This document shows, piece by piece, positions 1-9,859 of a DNA stretch of 64,000 bases. The notes below the pieces were generated by a model. The model worked only from the letters and a program-made list of their open reading frames with translations, was not told where the DNA came from and did no database searches. How positions within the stretch are numbered: position 1 is the stretch's first letter; each line of letters begins with the position of its first letter. A program made the position numbers and the translations under genes. Source of the DNA: a virus; IMG/VR virus record IMGVR_UViG_3300009605_004544, positions 42,982 through 106,981 of that record. The stretch is one strand, 5' to 3'.

Positions 1-4
1 TGGA

Positions 5-982
5 ATGACGAAGGATATCATTAAGGAATATGGGGACGTTATCCATGACCCGTCTTCGATAACCAATCAAGAACTAGAGATCATATCGGTTAGTCCCAAG
101 ATTGACATTGCCTTGGGTGGGGGCGTCCCCGAAGGCTCCCTTTTTATACTGACGGGTCCAGAAAAGGTCGGCAAGACAGTTACCGCCCTCACCTTTTGTG
201 CCAACGCTCAAAGCCTTAAACGCAAAGTTTATTATGGCAACATTGAGGGACGGTTAAGAAAGAGAGATATAGAGGGGATTTCTGGCATTAATATGGACCC
301 GGAGTATCTCGAAATCATAGGATCGACACAGGGTAATATACTTTCTGCTGAAAAATATCTTAGCATCTTTGACCAATTGATTCATACGCAGCCCGACTGC
401 ATATGTATTGTTGATTCCTTTTCGGCTCTCGCCAGCGATGCAGAACTGACGGGGGATTTAAGCGACCAACAAGTAATGAGCGTTCAAAAGGTGTTGGCTA
501 AATTCTGTAGGAGAATTTCTAACGTGCTCCCTATCAATAAAGTTACGGTTGTTGGGATCACGCATCTAATGGCTAATGTCAACAAGTTCGGAAGAGGCAA
601 AACTAAGGTAGAAAAATCGGGAACCGCCTTAAAATATCAGGTTGATGTTAAGCTGCACGCTACGCACATCACTCCCATATTACAGGGAGAGACTCAAATT
701 GGTCAGACCGTGCATTGGCAAGTTGTTACCTCTGCTATTGGCCCTCCGGGGCAGAAAGTGACCAGTCATATTAAATATGGCCGAGGTATCTGGAAGGAGA
801 TGGAGCTTGCGGATCTGCTTGTAGATTTCGGCTTAGTGCAAAAAAGCGGATCTTGGCTCACCCTCCCAAACGAGGAAAAGCTACAGGGAAAGAATAATTT
901 AGCTGCGTACCTAGAGGAAAACCCAAACGAGTATATCAAATTTGAAAATGACATTTTTTCTATGATTGGAATTGAAAGGTAA
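5..982 (+). CDS. recA: RecA/UvsX-like recombinase
   Basis: IDIALGGGVPEG, Walker A GPEKVGKT, Walker B CIVDS, SGTALKY and GLVQKSGSW motifs typical of the RecA family. Confidence 0.92.
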   Translation: MTKDIIKEYGDVIHDPSSITNQELEIISVSPKIDIALGGGVPEGSLFILTGPEKVGKTVTALTFCANAQSLKRKVYYGNIEGRLRKRDIEGISGINMDPEYLEIIGSTQGNILSAEKYLSIFDQLIHTQPDCICIVDSFSALASDAELTGDLSDQQVMSVQKVLAKFCRRISNVLPINKVTVVGITHLMANVNKFGRGKTKVEKSGTALKYQVDVKLHATHITPILQGETQIGQTVHWQVVTSAIGPPGQKVTSHIKYGRGIWKEMELADLLVDFGLVQKSGSWLTLPNEEKLQGKNNLAAYLEENPNEYIKFENDIFSMIGIER

Positions 983-986
983 GACA

Positions 987-1982
987 ATGATAAAGACAAT
1001 TTTTACGGCTGCGTTAATTTTCTTGGCAAGTACCGTTAATGTGGTTGCTGAAGATCCGGTTGTTACTTTGGGGCCACCCGCAACTAATGGAAAAGAAGCA
1101 CCAGAGTCAATTGCCGCAAGACTATATCAACACCTACAGGACGTTTCTGTTACTGTCAAGACACAGAGCGGGGAAGGCTCTGGCGTTATCGTAACACGAG
1201 AAGTCGAAGTTTCCCCGAACGTCAAACAGAAGGTTAATTTTGTGTGGACAGCAGCCCACGTTGTAGATGGGCTTCGCTCTGTTAGAACGATTATCAAGGA
1301 TGGGCAATCTAGAAAAGTGGTTGAGTTCAAAGATGCTCAAATCGTTCAGGAGTTAGTCGAAGACGGTCGTCGCGTTGGCGAAATGAAGATGGAAGCCAAG
1401 GTGATCAAATACAGTGATTCTGAGAACGGCGAAGACTTGGCCCTTTTGATGATTCGGAAGAAGGGCTTTATCGATAAGTCCGTCACCTTCTATAAGGGCA
1501 AAGGTAGGCCAGTTGCTATTGGCACTGAACTATACCACGTCGGCTCATTACTAGGTCAAACTGGCTCGAATTCGATGACGAGAGGAATTTGCTCTCAAGT
1601 TGGAAGAGTTCTTGACTTGGGGAATGGAGATGGAGTAGTCTTTGATCAAACTACAGTGACTGCGTTTCCGGGGTCCAGCGGCGGCGGGGTTTTCCTGAGC
1701 GAAAGGTCTGGTGAAAAGGCTGGCCAGTACATGGGGATGCTCGTTCGTGGTGCTGGAGAAACTTTTAATCTTATTGTTCCAATTCGCAGAATGAGGAGCT
1801 ATGCTACAAAAGAAGGCATCTTGTGGGCTATTGATACAGACGTTAAGATTCCTTCTATCAAAGAAATTACTTCCATGCCTGCTGAAGGCCCAAAATCTAC
1901 ACCCAGCCCCGGAACCAAGGCTACTAAAGATACTGTTAAATTCCCCGTCCTTCCCCTGAGAAAAGAAGAGAATGAAGACTAG
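987..1982 (+). CDS. Trypsin-like (S1) serine protease with N-terminal signal peptide
   Basis: GSGVIV, TAAHVV (His), DLALL (Asp), PGSSGGG (Ser); hydrophobic N-terminus MIKTIFTAALIFLASTVNVVA; ATG at 987 preferred over TTG at 966. Confidence 0.88.
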   Translation: MIKTIFTAALIFLASTVNVVAEDPVVTLGPPATNGKEAPESIAARLYQHLQDVSVTVKTQSGEGSGVIVTREVEVSPNVKQKVNFVWTAAHVVDGLRSVRTIIKDGQSRKVVEFKDAQIVQELVEDGRRVGEMKMEAKVIKYSDSENGEDLALLMIRKKGFIDKSVTFYKGKGRPVAIGTELYHVGSLLGQTGSNSMTRGICSQVGRVLDLGNGDGVVFDQTTVTAFPGSSGGGVFLSERSGEKAGQYMGMLVRGAGETFNLIVPIRRMRSYATKEGILWAIDTDVKIPSIKEITSMPAEGPKSTPSPGTKATKDTVKFPVLPLRKEENED

Positions 1983-2388
1983 GAGTTTAGACGGAGGTAT
2001 CCATAAATGGAAGATTGAGAGCAGCTTGATCCGGGGAAACGAGGAAAGACCCCGATCTAAGCTACATCTAGCTGCTCGCTCTCTTCTAAAAGAGATATAT
2101 CCAACGTTACAAATCTGCGAAGAGATACCGGTTCGTATCAGGCGTGACAAAAAGGCAATCATTGATTTTTATATCAATACGATCAAGACTGTAATCGAAG
2201 TTCATGGAGAGCAACATTATAAATTTAACTCTCTATATCATACTTGCGCTCAAGACTTTTTAAACCAAAAGAAAAGAGATTCTGAACTTATAGATTGGTG
2301 CATTCTTAATAATTTGAATTATGTAGAGTTGCCATTCAACGAAAATAGGAAGCAATGGAAAATAAGAATTCAGCCAAAGAGCAGCTAG
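1972..2388 (+). CDS. Vsr/DUF559-like PD-(D/E)xK endonuclease
   Basis: IDFY...VIEVHGEQHY and QKKRD motifs. Confidence 0.75.
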   Translation: MKTRSLDGGIHKWKIESSLIRGNEERPRSKLHLAARSLLKEIYPTLQICEEIPVRIRRDKKAIIDFYINTIKTVIEVHGEQHYKFNSLYHTCAQDFLNQKKRDSELIDWCILNNLNYVELPFNENRKQWKIRIQPKSS

Positions 2389-2843
2389 AAAAACTGGACT
2401 CTGTTTTAGACGAATATGAATCTTCCCTAGGGATTCCTGTATTTAATAGCGATTTTTATGATGACACCGCAAAAAACTATTTACAGCTATCTCGTAACCA
2501 AATAGAAAAGCTTACTCCTGAGCAATGCGCAGAGGCAGCCCTCCTTTTAGCTTCTCTATCCTTCCATTTACAAAGAAGCTATAATCGGGAAATAGCAAGA
2601 GTTAATTGGGCAGACCAAGTTCTGAAGAGCGCAGTTGCTGGTAGAGAGCAGCAATACAGGGGGTCATGGGAAAGTCAGTTCAATCAGGCAGTCGGAGAAG
2701 ACAGTTATACTAGAAAGGTCTTGACCATAAAAAGGTACGCCCAGCAAAGAGCCGACCGCGTGAATTATCTATCCTCTTCAGTTAAGAACATCGGTGATAT
2801 CTTTCTTAGTGTTCAAAGATCAAAGGCGTTTAAAAATGGATAA
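2355..2843 (+). CDS. Helical hypothetical protein, possibly a UvsY-like recombination mediator
   Basis: 162-aa helical ORF coupled to neighbours near recA; the UvsY resemblance is weak and contextual. Confidence 0.45.
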   Translation: MENKNSAKEQLEKLDSVLDEYESSLGIPVFNSDFYDDTAKNYLQLSRNQIEKLTPEQCAEAALLLASLSFHLQRSYNREIARVNWADQVLKSAVAGREQQYRGSWESQFNQAVGEDSYTRKVLTIKRYAQQRADRVNYLSSSVKNIGDIFLSVQRSKAFKNG

Positions 2844-3261
2844 TCAAGACCCCAAAGACCTTCAACAGATAATTGATTTGTTATCTGCCGAACAATTAGA
2901 GGGCTTAAAAAAGATTCTTTCTTCAGGGTCAAAGAAGCCTAAGAAAAAAAGGAGAGGGAGGGGTAAGCGAAAAAAAACTCAGGCACCTCCATCGGCAAAG
3001 GCTGGAAATAAGCCCCCCTTTCTTGACGGCATTTCGCTCACTCCTGACGAACAGAAAGAAATGATCGAGGCTTCTCAATTTGACAAAGAGAAAGGGCTTG
3101 ACAGGCCGAAAGATGGTGGTATAATCCCACAGGCTCCTTCTTTCCAGAAGGTTCCTATTCAGTGCAGAATCTGCGGCAAATCATTTGAAGTTTCCGCAGC
3201 GCTGATACCTCCCGAAAAAGACAGGTTTAAATGTAACAAATGTTCATGTAGTGCAGGTTAA
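2836..3261 (+). CDS. Basic protein with C-terminal Zn ribbon
   Basis: Lys/Arg-rich patch; CRIC...CNKC. Confidence 0.65.
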   Translation: MDNQDPKDLQQIIDLLSAEQLEGLKKILSSGSKKPKKKRRGRGKRKKTQAPPSAKAGNKPPFLDGISLTPDEQKEMIEASQFDKEKGLDRPKDGGIIPQAPSFQKVPIQCRICGKSFEVSAALIPPEKDRFKCNKCSCSAG

Positions 3262-3279
3262 AAAATAAGGAGAAAAAAA

Positions 3280-3714
3280 ATGAGTGTCAAAGCTAAGACG
3301 TTAACTACCCTCTGCTTTATCTTTACCGCAGCAATATCAGTAACGGCGGGTTATTTTTATGGTTCTCTGGAACGAACACGGATTGACTCCGAGCGAGTCG
3401 CCCAAGAACAACAAGCAGCGTTTGAAGAGGCCTCTACTGAGGAACTGAATTCAATTTACCGATTACTAACCGCTGCCGCTTTCACCAATCGAACCAATAT
3501 GAATCTGTCAGCGAAGACTAATCATTATATTACTCATCCGCAAGGCAAAGAGGGTCATCGCCCCAGTGTTGCTTGCGACCAATGCTGGGAGCACCTTGAA
3601 AACGTAGTCAAAAACATGCCCCAAATGGACGATGCTAACGAAGCCTATTTTAACGCTTTCTATCGAAAGCCTTACGAACAACTTAAGAAGATGCGAAAGG
3701 AAAACAAGAAATGA
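3280..3714 (+). CDS. Hypothetical protein with N-terminal membrane anchor or signal
   Basis: AGGAG RBS; N-terminal hydrophobic helix; CDQC motif. Confidence 0.65.
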   Translation: MSVKAKTLTTLCFIFTAAISVTAGYFYGSLERTRIDSERVAQEQQAAFEEASTEELNSIYRLLTAAAFTNRTNMNLSAKTNHYITHPQGKEGHRPSVACDQCWEHLENVVKNMPQMDDANEAYFNAFYRKPYEQLKKMRKENKK

Positions 3715-5165
3715 TACTGTCGGATGCGCCTGCTGAACGAGCGATACTCGCTGGAATTTGCCGATACGGCTCAGAGGCTTACTATGATGTTGTGGATCTA
3801 ATTGATCCGAATAGTTTTACTATTGATTCAAACTCTATGATATATACTTGCCTTAAGCATATCATGGATAAAGACAGTGGCATTTCTATAGATCTGCCAA
3901 CCATTCTGTCTTCAGCAAAAGAGATAGGGCTGCATGACCTCGTTTCTGACAAACAGGAAGTGCAACATCTATCTGCTATTATGAAATTCCCGGTACTCTT
4001 GGACAATGTTCGCAAGATGGCAGCCAAGGTTCGGAAGCTCCAGATAGCTCGGATGATGCATGATCAACTGGAAGCCACGAAGGAAAAATATTCTGGAGTA
4101 ACGGGCAATGAACCCATATCGCAGATACTGGGCATTGCTGAAGAATCTATTTTTGATTTTACATCACTGATCAATGACAATGATGACGCTCCTCAAAAAG
4201 TTTTTATTGACGTTGAAGACAGACTTGATGATCTCGCTGAAAGCCCTCTCGACCAAGTGGGGATTCCTACAGGATTCGACAGGTATGATTTTGCTATCGG
4301 GGGCGGTTTACGGCGTGGAACCGTGAATGTAGTAGGGGCTAGGCCTAAAGTTGGTAAGACCCTCTTTGCCGAGAATGCTGGTGTTTACATAGCCCGCACT
4401 CTTGGTATCCCAGTGCTAAACTTAGACACTGAAATGATGAGAAAAGACCATCAGGATCGCGGAATGGCAATGCTTACTGAGATCTCAATCAACGATATCG
4501 AAACTGGCAAGTTTGCTTCTAACAGTTATAAAAACCAAAAGATACGCGAGTCTGCTAAGGCTGTCAAGGACATCCCCTATTACCATAAATCTATTGGAGG
4601 AAAACCATTTGAGGACCAGCTATCCATTATGCGAAGGTGGATTGCTAAAGAAGTAGGCATTAATAACGAGGGTAGGGCAAACGACTGCGTAGTTATTTAT
4701 GACTATTTAAAAATCATGGAGTCATCAGATATCAAAGGAGACATGAAGGAATATCAGCTACTGGGCTTCCTGATGACATCCTTGCATAACTTCGCCATCA
4801 GATACGAAGTTCCGATTCTAGCCTTTGTGCAGCTTAACAGGGATGGTATTAACAAAGAGTCTACCGATACCGCTAGCGGCTCGGATAGGATTATCTGGCT
4901 GTGCTCTAATTTTAGTATTTATAAAGCCAAGTCTGACGAAGAGGTCGCGAAAGATGGCCCTGAAAATGGTAATCGCAAGTTAGTCCCGGTCATTGCAAGA
5001 CATGGGGAAGGTCTAGCTGATAAAGACTATATTAACATTAACATGATCGGTAAATACGGAAAGATAGTAGAGGGCAAAACTGCCTTTGAGCTAGAAGATG
5101 GCACCGATTTTGTAGAAGACGAGGGTCAATTGGAAAATGACAATGACGACATACCCTTCGCGTGA
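3711..5165 (+). CDS. dnaB: DnaB-type replicative helicase
   Basis: AERAILAG N-terminus, GIPTGF, GARPKVGKT, IYDYL, QLNRDG, ARHG; acidic DDIPF tail. Confidence 0.95.
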   Translation: MILSDAPAERAILAGICRYGSEAYYDVVDLIDPNSFTIDSNSMIYTCLKHIMDKDSGISIDLPTILSSAKEIGLHDLVSDKQEVQHLSAIMKFPVLLDNVRKMAAKVRKLQIARMMHDQLEATKEKYSGVTGNEPISQILGIAEESIFDFTSLINDNDDAPQKVFIDVEDRLDDLAESPLDQVGIPTGFDRYDFAIGGGLRRGTVNVVGARPKVGKTLFAENAGVYIARTLGIPVLNLDTEMMRKDHQDRGMAMLTEISINDIETGKFASNSYKNQKIRESAKAVKDIPYYHKSIGGKPFEDQLSIMRRWIAKEVGINNEGRANDCVVIYDYLKIMESSDIKGDMKEYQLLGFLMTSLHNFAIRYEVPILAFVQLNRDGINKESTDTASGSDRIIWLCSNFSIYKAKSDEEVAKDGPENGNRKLVPVIARHGEGLADKDYININMIGKYGKIVEGKTAFELEDGTDFVEDEGQLENDNDDIPFA

Positions 5166-6303
5166 GTCTCACAAATACAACGATCAGGCAAAACTAAACG
5201 CCCTGACCGCGCTGGCGGTGCAAAATATAGAGAGGATATACGGCTATTTTGGAACAGAGATCTCTTACAGGAATGACATACTGATTAAGTCTTCCTGCTT
5301 TACTCACGGGGGCGACAATCCAACCGCGCTAAACCTTTACTATAACGGAGACATTCGTGTTCACTACAAATGCAGAACCCATCAGTGTGAAGACCTTTTT
5401 GGCTCTTCGTTGATTAGCCTTGTAAGAGGAGGTCTTTCTAGAACACGATATAAGTGGAAAATTAATGGAGATAGAGAAGCCACGTTTAACGAGACTGTAG
5501 ATTTCCTTTTAAAGATTACTGATCAAAATTTTGATAGCTTAAGTTCAGAACACACTAGTATTGATGGAGATAAGTTACAGTTTTCTTCTTTAATTAATGG
5601 CTTTATGATGCCTGAAAATGCCCTAACTGGTATCCGCAGGGATTTTTATAGAAGCAAAGTAGAAATACCATCATCATATTATTTGCAAAGAGGATACTCC
5701 ATTGAGGTTCTTGACAAGTACGATGTTGGAACGTGCAAAAGGCCTAGGAAGGCTCTTTACCAAAGGGCGGTTGCTCCTGTCTACGACGATTCCGGCGATA
5801 TTATTTTGGGGTTCACGGGAAGGAGCATCTTCTCAGAATGTTCTAAGTGCAAACATTATCACGATCCCGATAAGGAGTGTCATTTTTTCCCCAAATGGAA
5901 GCATACCGCTGGGTTCCAGAAGGAAAACTGCTTGTATAATTACTGGTACGCTAAGGAATCTATCCTAGAAAGCGGAGTGGTTGTTTTGGTAGAATCTCCG
6001 GGCAATGTTTGGCGATTAGAGGAGGCGGGAATACATAATTCAGTGGCAATCTTTGGGGCGCATTTAAGCCAGAGCCAAAAAAAGATTATTGACTCGTCGG
6101 GAGCGCTCTCCATAGTTTGCCTGTTGGACAATGACGAGGCCGGATTAAGCGGCACGAAAAAGATTCATGAACAATGTTCAAAAATGTATCGTTTATATTT
6201 CCCAGAACTAGACGTAAACGATATTGGGGATATGAGTGTAGATACAGTGACTAGCGATATTAAACCTTTAATATGTAAGATAGGAGATGTTTACAATGGT
6301 TGA
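5137..6303 (+). CDS. dnaG: DnaG-type primase (Zn-binding domain + TOPRIM)
   Basis: CFTH...CRTHQC Zn domain, GFTGR, LVESPGN, LDNDEAG; follows the helicase. Confidence 0.88.
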   Translation: MTMTTYPSRESHKYNDQAKLNALTALAVQNIERIYGYFGTEISYRNDILIKSSCFTHGGDNPTALNLYYNGDIRVHYKCRTHQCEDLFGSSLISLVRGGLSRTRYKWKINGDREATFNETVDFLLKITDQNFDSLSSEHTSIDGDKLQFSSLINGFMMPENALTGIRRDFYRSKVEIPSSYYLQRGYSIEVLDKYDVGTCKRPRKALYQRAVAPVYDDSGDIILGFTGRSIFSECSKCKHYHDPDKECHFFPKWKHTAGFQKENCLYNYWYAKESILESGVVVLVESPGNVWRLEEAGIHNSVAIFGAHLSQSQKKIIDSSGALSIVCLLDNDEAGLSGTKKIHEQCSKMYRLYFPELDVNDIGDMSVDTVTSDIKPLICKIGDVYNG

Positions 6304-6604
6304 AAATTTTGAAATGGGCGGTTCTGATAGTCCTGCTGGTGCAGGGGCCTATCCCTCTAGCGAAGCAGCTTCGGCTCCTGCTCCTGCTTCTCCCCCCACC
6401 AGCGCTCAATTAATTTTGCGAGCGGTGGAGGCACATTTTATGGCTCAAAGATCGCGAGCGGTCGCGAATCTTAATAATTATTTGACGAGTTCCGCTGGGG
6501 TTGGGGAGCATCCCGATGTGGTTGAGGAATGTATCAAGCTCGTAGATGACATAGAACACGCCGAAAGTTCATTGGCCACTTTGAATAGGGTTATTTCTTC
6601 ATGA
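6296..6604 (+). CDS. Small hypothetical phage protein
   Basis: GGAG RBS; GVGEHPD motif that I recall from small proteins of marine phages. Confidence 0.6.
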   Translation: MVENFEMGGSDSPAGAGAYPSSEAASAPAPASPPTSAQLILRAVEAHFMAQRSRAVANLNNYLTSSAGVGEHPDVVEECIKLVDDIEHAESSLATLNRVISS

Positions 6605-7350
6605 CGCAAATTATTGGATTCGCAGGCAAAAAACAAGCTGGCAAAGACACTGCTTGCAATTTTGTTCTAGCTGCCAAAATTGCCGAGCTTGGAGTAAGCA
6701 GGTCTACTCGCCTAACCGATGAGGGCGAAATAGAAGTTAGCGACATTCTAGATGATTCTGTTTCTGGTGAAGAATGGATTCCGTTCAAGCCCCCCTATGT
6801 TGATGTTCAAAATCTTTTCGATAACGAGCTTGGCAAGTTTATTAAGATATACTCTTTTGCTGAGAAATTGAAACGAATGTCTATAGATATTCTGGGGTTA
6901 AAAGAAGAGTGGGTGTTCGGAACTGATGAACAAAAAAATACTCTCACAAGCTTTAAATGGGAAAGGTTTTCACAAGATAAAAAAGGGTCCATGACCGCAA
7001 GGGAAGTCTTACAACATGTAGGCACCGACATGTTTCGTTCTATATATGAAAATGTATGGGTCGATTCATGCTTGAAGCAAATAGAAGAAGACGGTCCCGA
7101 ATTAGCCTTGGTTTCAGATGCAAGATTCAAGAACGAAGTACTGTCCATCCAAGATAGCGGAGGGTTTGTAGTAGGACTAACAAGGAGTCCTTACAAGAAA
7201 GTAGATAGGCACGCTAGCGAAACTGAAGTTGAAGAATGCTTTGACATCTGTGATGTCATCGTAGACAACAGCGACCTCTCCATACCAGAGCAAAATAAAG
7301 AGATATATTTAGCTATCAAGCATTTAGATAATATTCCTCACATTTTATAG
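6601..7350 (+). CDS. Deoxynucleoside monophosphate kinase (T4 gp1-like)
   Basis: GFAGKKQAGKDT P-loop, FAEKLK, REVLQHVGT, SDARFKNE, HASE. Confidence 0.9.
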   Translation: MTQIIGFAGKKQAGKDTACNFVLAAKIAELGVSRSTRLTDEGEIEVSDILDDSVSGEEWIPFKPPYVDVQNLFDNELGKFIKIYSFAEKLKRMSIDILGLKEEWVFGTDEQKNTLTSFKWERFSQDKKGSMTAREVLQHVGTDMFRSIYENVWVDSCLKQIEEDGPELALVSDARFKNEVLSIQDSGGFVVGLTRSPYKKVDRHASETEVEECFDICDVIVDNSDLSIPEQNKEIYLAIKHLDNIPHIL

Positions 7351-7359
7351 GAGGCTTCC

Positions 7360-7770
7360 ATGCCGCAACCAGATTCGTCCAACACATTAATTGTAGATTG
7401 TGATGGTGTAATTGCAGACAAAAATAATGGAGGAGACTATGCTAAAGCCGGGCCGCTTCAGCACGGCATCGATCAAGTTAACAGGCTCTACGATATGGGC
7501 TACACAATTGTTCTATACACTGCCAGATATGGAGACCGGGAAAAGGGCAATATTCACTTGCAGTACGGGAGGGGCTATAAGGAGTGGACAGAATGGCTTG
7601 AGGAACATGGTGTAAAATATCATCATGCGTATATGGGGAAGCCTGCGGGAGTTATCTATATAGACGATAAGGCCGCTCGGGTAAGAGGAGACAGCGAGGA
7701 GGGGTGGTCACAAGTGTGGGAAGAGGTAGACAACTTAAAGGGAAAAGACCGATATGGTAATCTCATATGA
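7360..7770 (+). CDS. HAD-family phosphatase (capsule-biosynthesis EcbF/BcbF-like)
   Basis: DCDGVI, YTAR, MGKP, YIDDKA. Confidence 0.8.
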   Translation: MPQPDSSNTLIVDCDGVIADKNNGGDYAKAGPLQHGIDQVNRLYDMGYTIVLYTARYGDREKGNIHLQYGRGYKEWTEWLEEHGVKYHHAYMGKPAGVIYIDDKAARVRGDSEEGWSQVWEEVDNLKGKDRYGNLI

Positions 7771-8837
7771 TTCCCATAGTCTATTTCAGGTCGTCGTCTT
7801 TTAATTGCCATCGGTTTTGTCCGATGCAATACTACATGGAGTACACGCTGGGATGGAGGGGAGACTCTGGCAAAAAGGCTGACAAGGGAACCATTGTCCA
7901 CAAAGCTCTGGAGATTGCCGCTGTTTGCAAAAAAGGCCTGCAAGATGGCAAAAAGATTATTGTAGATCCTCAAATTGGGAGAGTCAGTACCTGTAATTAC
8001 GAAAGAAAATACCTGAACAGGGTGATCTCAAGGGTTTACGAATACTACACTAGCAGAATCCCCCACCATCCGTGGACAGATAAAGACGCCAAAGATTGCG
8101 AAAAATGGGTCTGGAAGGCTCTTGAATATAATGATGGGATGTTTGATCCCCGTAATAGAGACGTGGTGGCTGCGGAGCCACGTTTCGATTTTTATATTGA
8201 AGAAGATTGGGCTAAATATTCTTATGACATGCAAGAGGAAAAGCTGGAAGGCCAATTGGCCATGAAGGGAACCATCGACCTTGTAACCGATCTAGGTGAT
8301 GGCGTATATGAAGTAATAGATTGGAAAACTGGAAGGCGGTTGGACTGGGCTACAGGAAAGAAGAAAACACAGCACAACCTCTTTGATGATGCTCAGTTGA
8401 GAATATATCATTATGCTGTCAAGCACATGTTCCCCGAGGTTTCTTCTTTTTTGATTACGATATATTTCATCAATGATGGAGGAGCGTTCACTTTACATTT
8501 CCAAGATAAAGACCTTAAAGATACGGAAGAGATGCTTAAGGCTAAATTTGAATTCATCAAGAATACAGACGATCCCAAAATCATTAGACAATTGGACCCT
8601 CCTCAGTCATGGAAATGTTCAAAGCTGTGTCATCAAGGAAAGACAACATTTGAAGATACCTCTATTGAGCCGCTTATAGAACGTCGCACGGGACAAAGAA
8701 CGCGACATGGAGAAGTCATGACCAAGTGCGAGCAGGCGAGATATATGGTCAAAAAATATGGTATCGATTGGGTTACTGATAATCTCGCTCATCCCGATCA
8801 TCAAATAGGCTTGTATCAACCTCCCGGTGAGGTCTAA
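7767..8837 (+). CDS. PD-(D/E)xK exonuclease (RecB/Cas4-like)
   Basis: KGTIVHKALE, GTIDLV, VIDWKTG, QLRIY; N- and C-terminal Cys compatible with an Fe-S cluster. Confidence 0.88.
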   Translation: MIPIVYFRSSSFNCHRFCPMQYYMEYTLGWRGDSGKKADKGTIVHKALEIAAVCKKGLQDGKKIIVDPQIGRVSTCNYERKYLNRVISRVYEYYTSRIPHHPWTDKDAKDCEKWVWKALEYNDGMFDPRNRDVVAAEPRFDFYIEEDWAKYSYDMQEEKLEGQLAMKGTIDLVTDLGDGVYEVIDWKTGRRLDWATGKKKTQHNLFDDAQLRIYHYAVKHMFPEVSSFLITIYFINDGGAFTLHFQDKDLKDTEEMLKAKFEFIKNTDDPKIIRQLDPPQSWKCSKLCHQGKTTFEDTSIEPLIERRTGQRTRHGEVMTKCEQARYMVKKYGIDWVTDNLAHPDHQIGLYQPPGEV

Positions 8838-8847
8838 GGAGTATATA

Positions 8848-9414
8848 ATGTCAACAGAGAAACGCATGGACGACCTCAATAAGCTGTCGGACATCTTGAA
8901 TGAATTTCTAGACGAAGACCAAGCGAGGGAATTCACATCTAAAATAGAGCAGGAAGTTGCCCAAAAGACGGATGACAAGACGCTACGGGCACTATTAGAA
9001 ACTTTAAGTTCGCTTTACACTGTCAAACCGAGCAGAAAGGAACACCTCAAGAAAGTCGTCCTTACTTTACTAGTTGCCTTTCACATGTCTGTGATAGTTA
9101 TTAACCTCGTGGCATTCTTCATCCTACCATTTCTGTACCCTCTGCTGGTATGGATGCCTCTTAATAGCTTCATCCTGACTGTCACGTTTACTAGAGAAAT
9201 CTGCCCTTTAACCCGGCTTGAAAATTACATGAGAACGTCAATGGGAATGCCAAGAATAGGGGGGTTCATAGGGCACTATTTTGTCAGGCCCACTAAAAGA
9301 GCATATAGGACTTACAAGATAGGACTTGGACTCTCAGGCAAAAAAGGAAAATCAAATGATAGAAGTCAAGATAACCCAGAAGATGAAAAAAAGAGCTTGG
9401 ACCAAAGCCCGTGA
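8848..9414 (+). CDS. Membrane protein with a DUF2784-like domain and an N-terminal helical domain
   Basis: Two hydrophobic segments followed by CPLTRLENYMR...GGFIGHY; GGAG RBS before ATG 8848. Confidence 0.7.
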   Translation: MSTEKRMDDLNKLSDILNEFLDEDQAREFTSKIEQEVAQKTDDKTLRALLETLSSLYTVKPSRKEHLKKVVLTLLVAFHMSVIVINLVAFFILPFLYPLLVWMPLNSFILTVTFTREICPLTRLENYMRTSMGMPRIGGFIGHYFVRPTKRAYRTYKIGLGLSGKKGKSNDRSQDNPEDEKKSLDQSP

Positions 9415-9859
9415 GATGGGGGTCATTAAAAACTCCATTCTCAGCGGTGCTGGGAATATAGCAGGATTTCTTGGGGAAGAAGTTGCCAATTCTTTGATCA
9501 AGGGAGAGATCAGCAATACATATGATTATGATATCGTGCATAATGCAAAGACTCAAGAGCTTAAATACGATGTAAAAACTAAAAGATGCACGTCTATCCC
9601 GAAACCCTACTACGAATGCTCAATTGCGGCGTATAATACCAAGCAGGCATGTGACAGGTATGCTTTTGTTCGCATAGAATGGGTCCACGGCAAATGGGGG
9701 AGGGCTTGGGTTTTGGGATGGCTAGACAATAAAGAATATTTCGAGAAGGCTCAGCGGCTTAACAAGGGGGACATTGACCCCTCTAACGGTTATGTAGTCA
9801 AGGCAGACTGCTACAATGTGAGCATCTCGGAATTGAGAGACTTTAGGAGAAGGAAATGA
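9356..9859 (+). CDS. Putative restriction-like PD-(D/E)xK nuclease
   Basis: GFLGEE, YDYDI, YDVKTK. Confidence 0.6.
   Translation: MIEVKITQKMKKRAWTKAREMGVIKNSILSGAGNIAGFLGEEVANSLIKGEISNTYDYDIVHNAKTQELKYDVKTKRCTSIPKPYYECSIAAYNTKQACDRYAFVRIEWVHGKWGRAWVLGWLDNKEYFEKAQRLNKGDIDPSNGYVVKADCYNVSISELRDFRRRK

Noticed and set aside
7767-8837. Cas4 as evidence of a CRISPR-Cas system
   Set aside because: No cas1/cas2, effector genes or array in the window. Stand-alone Cas4/RecB-like nucleases are common in phage replication modules.
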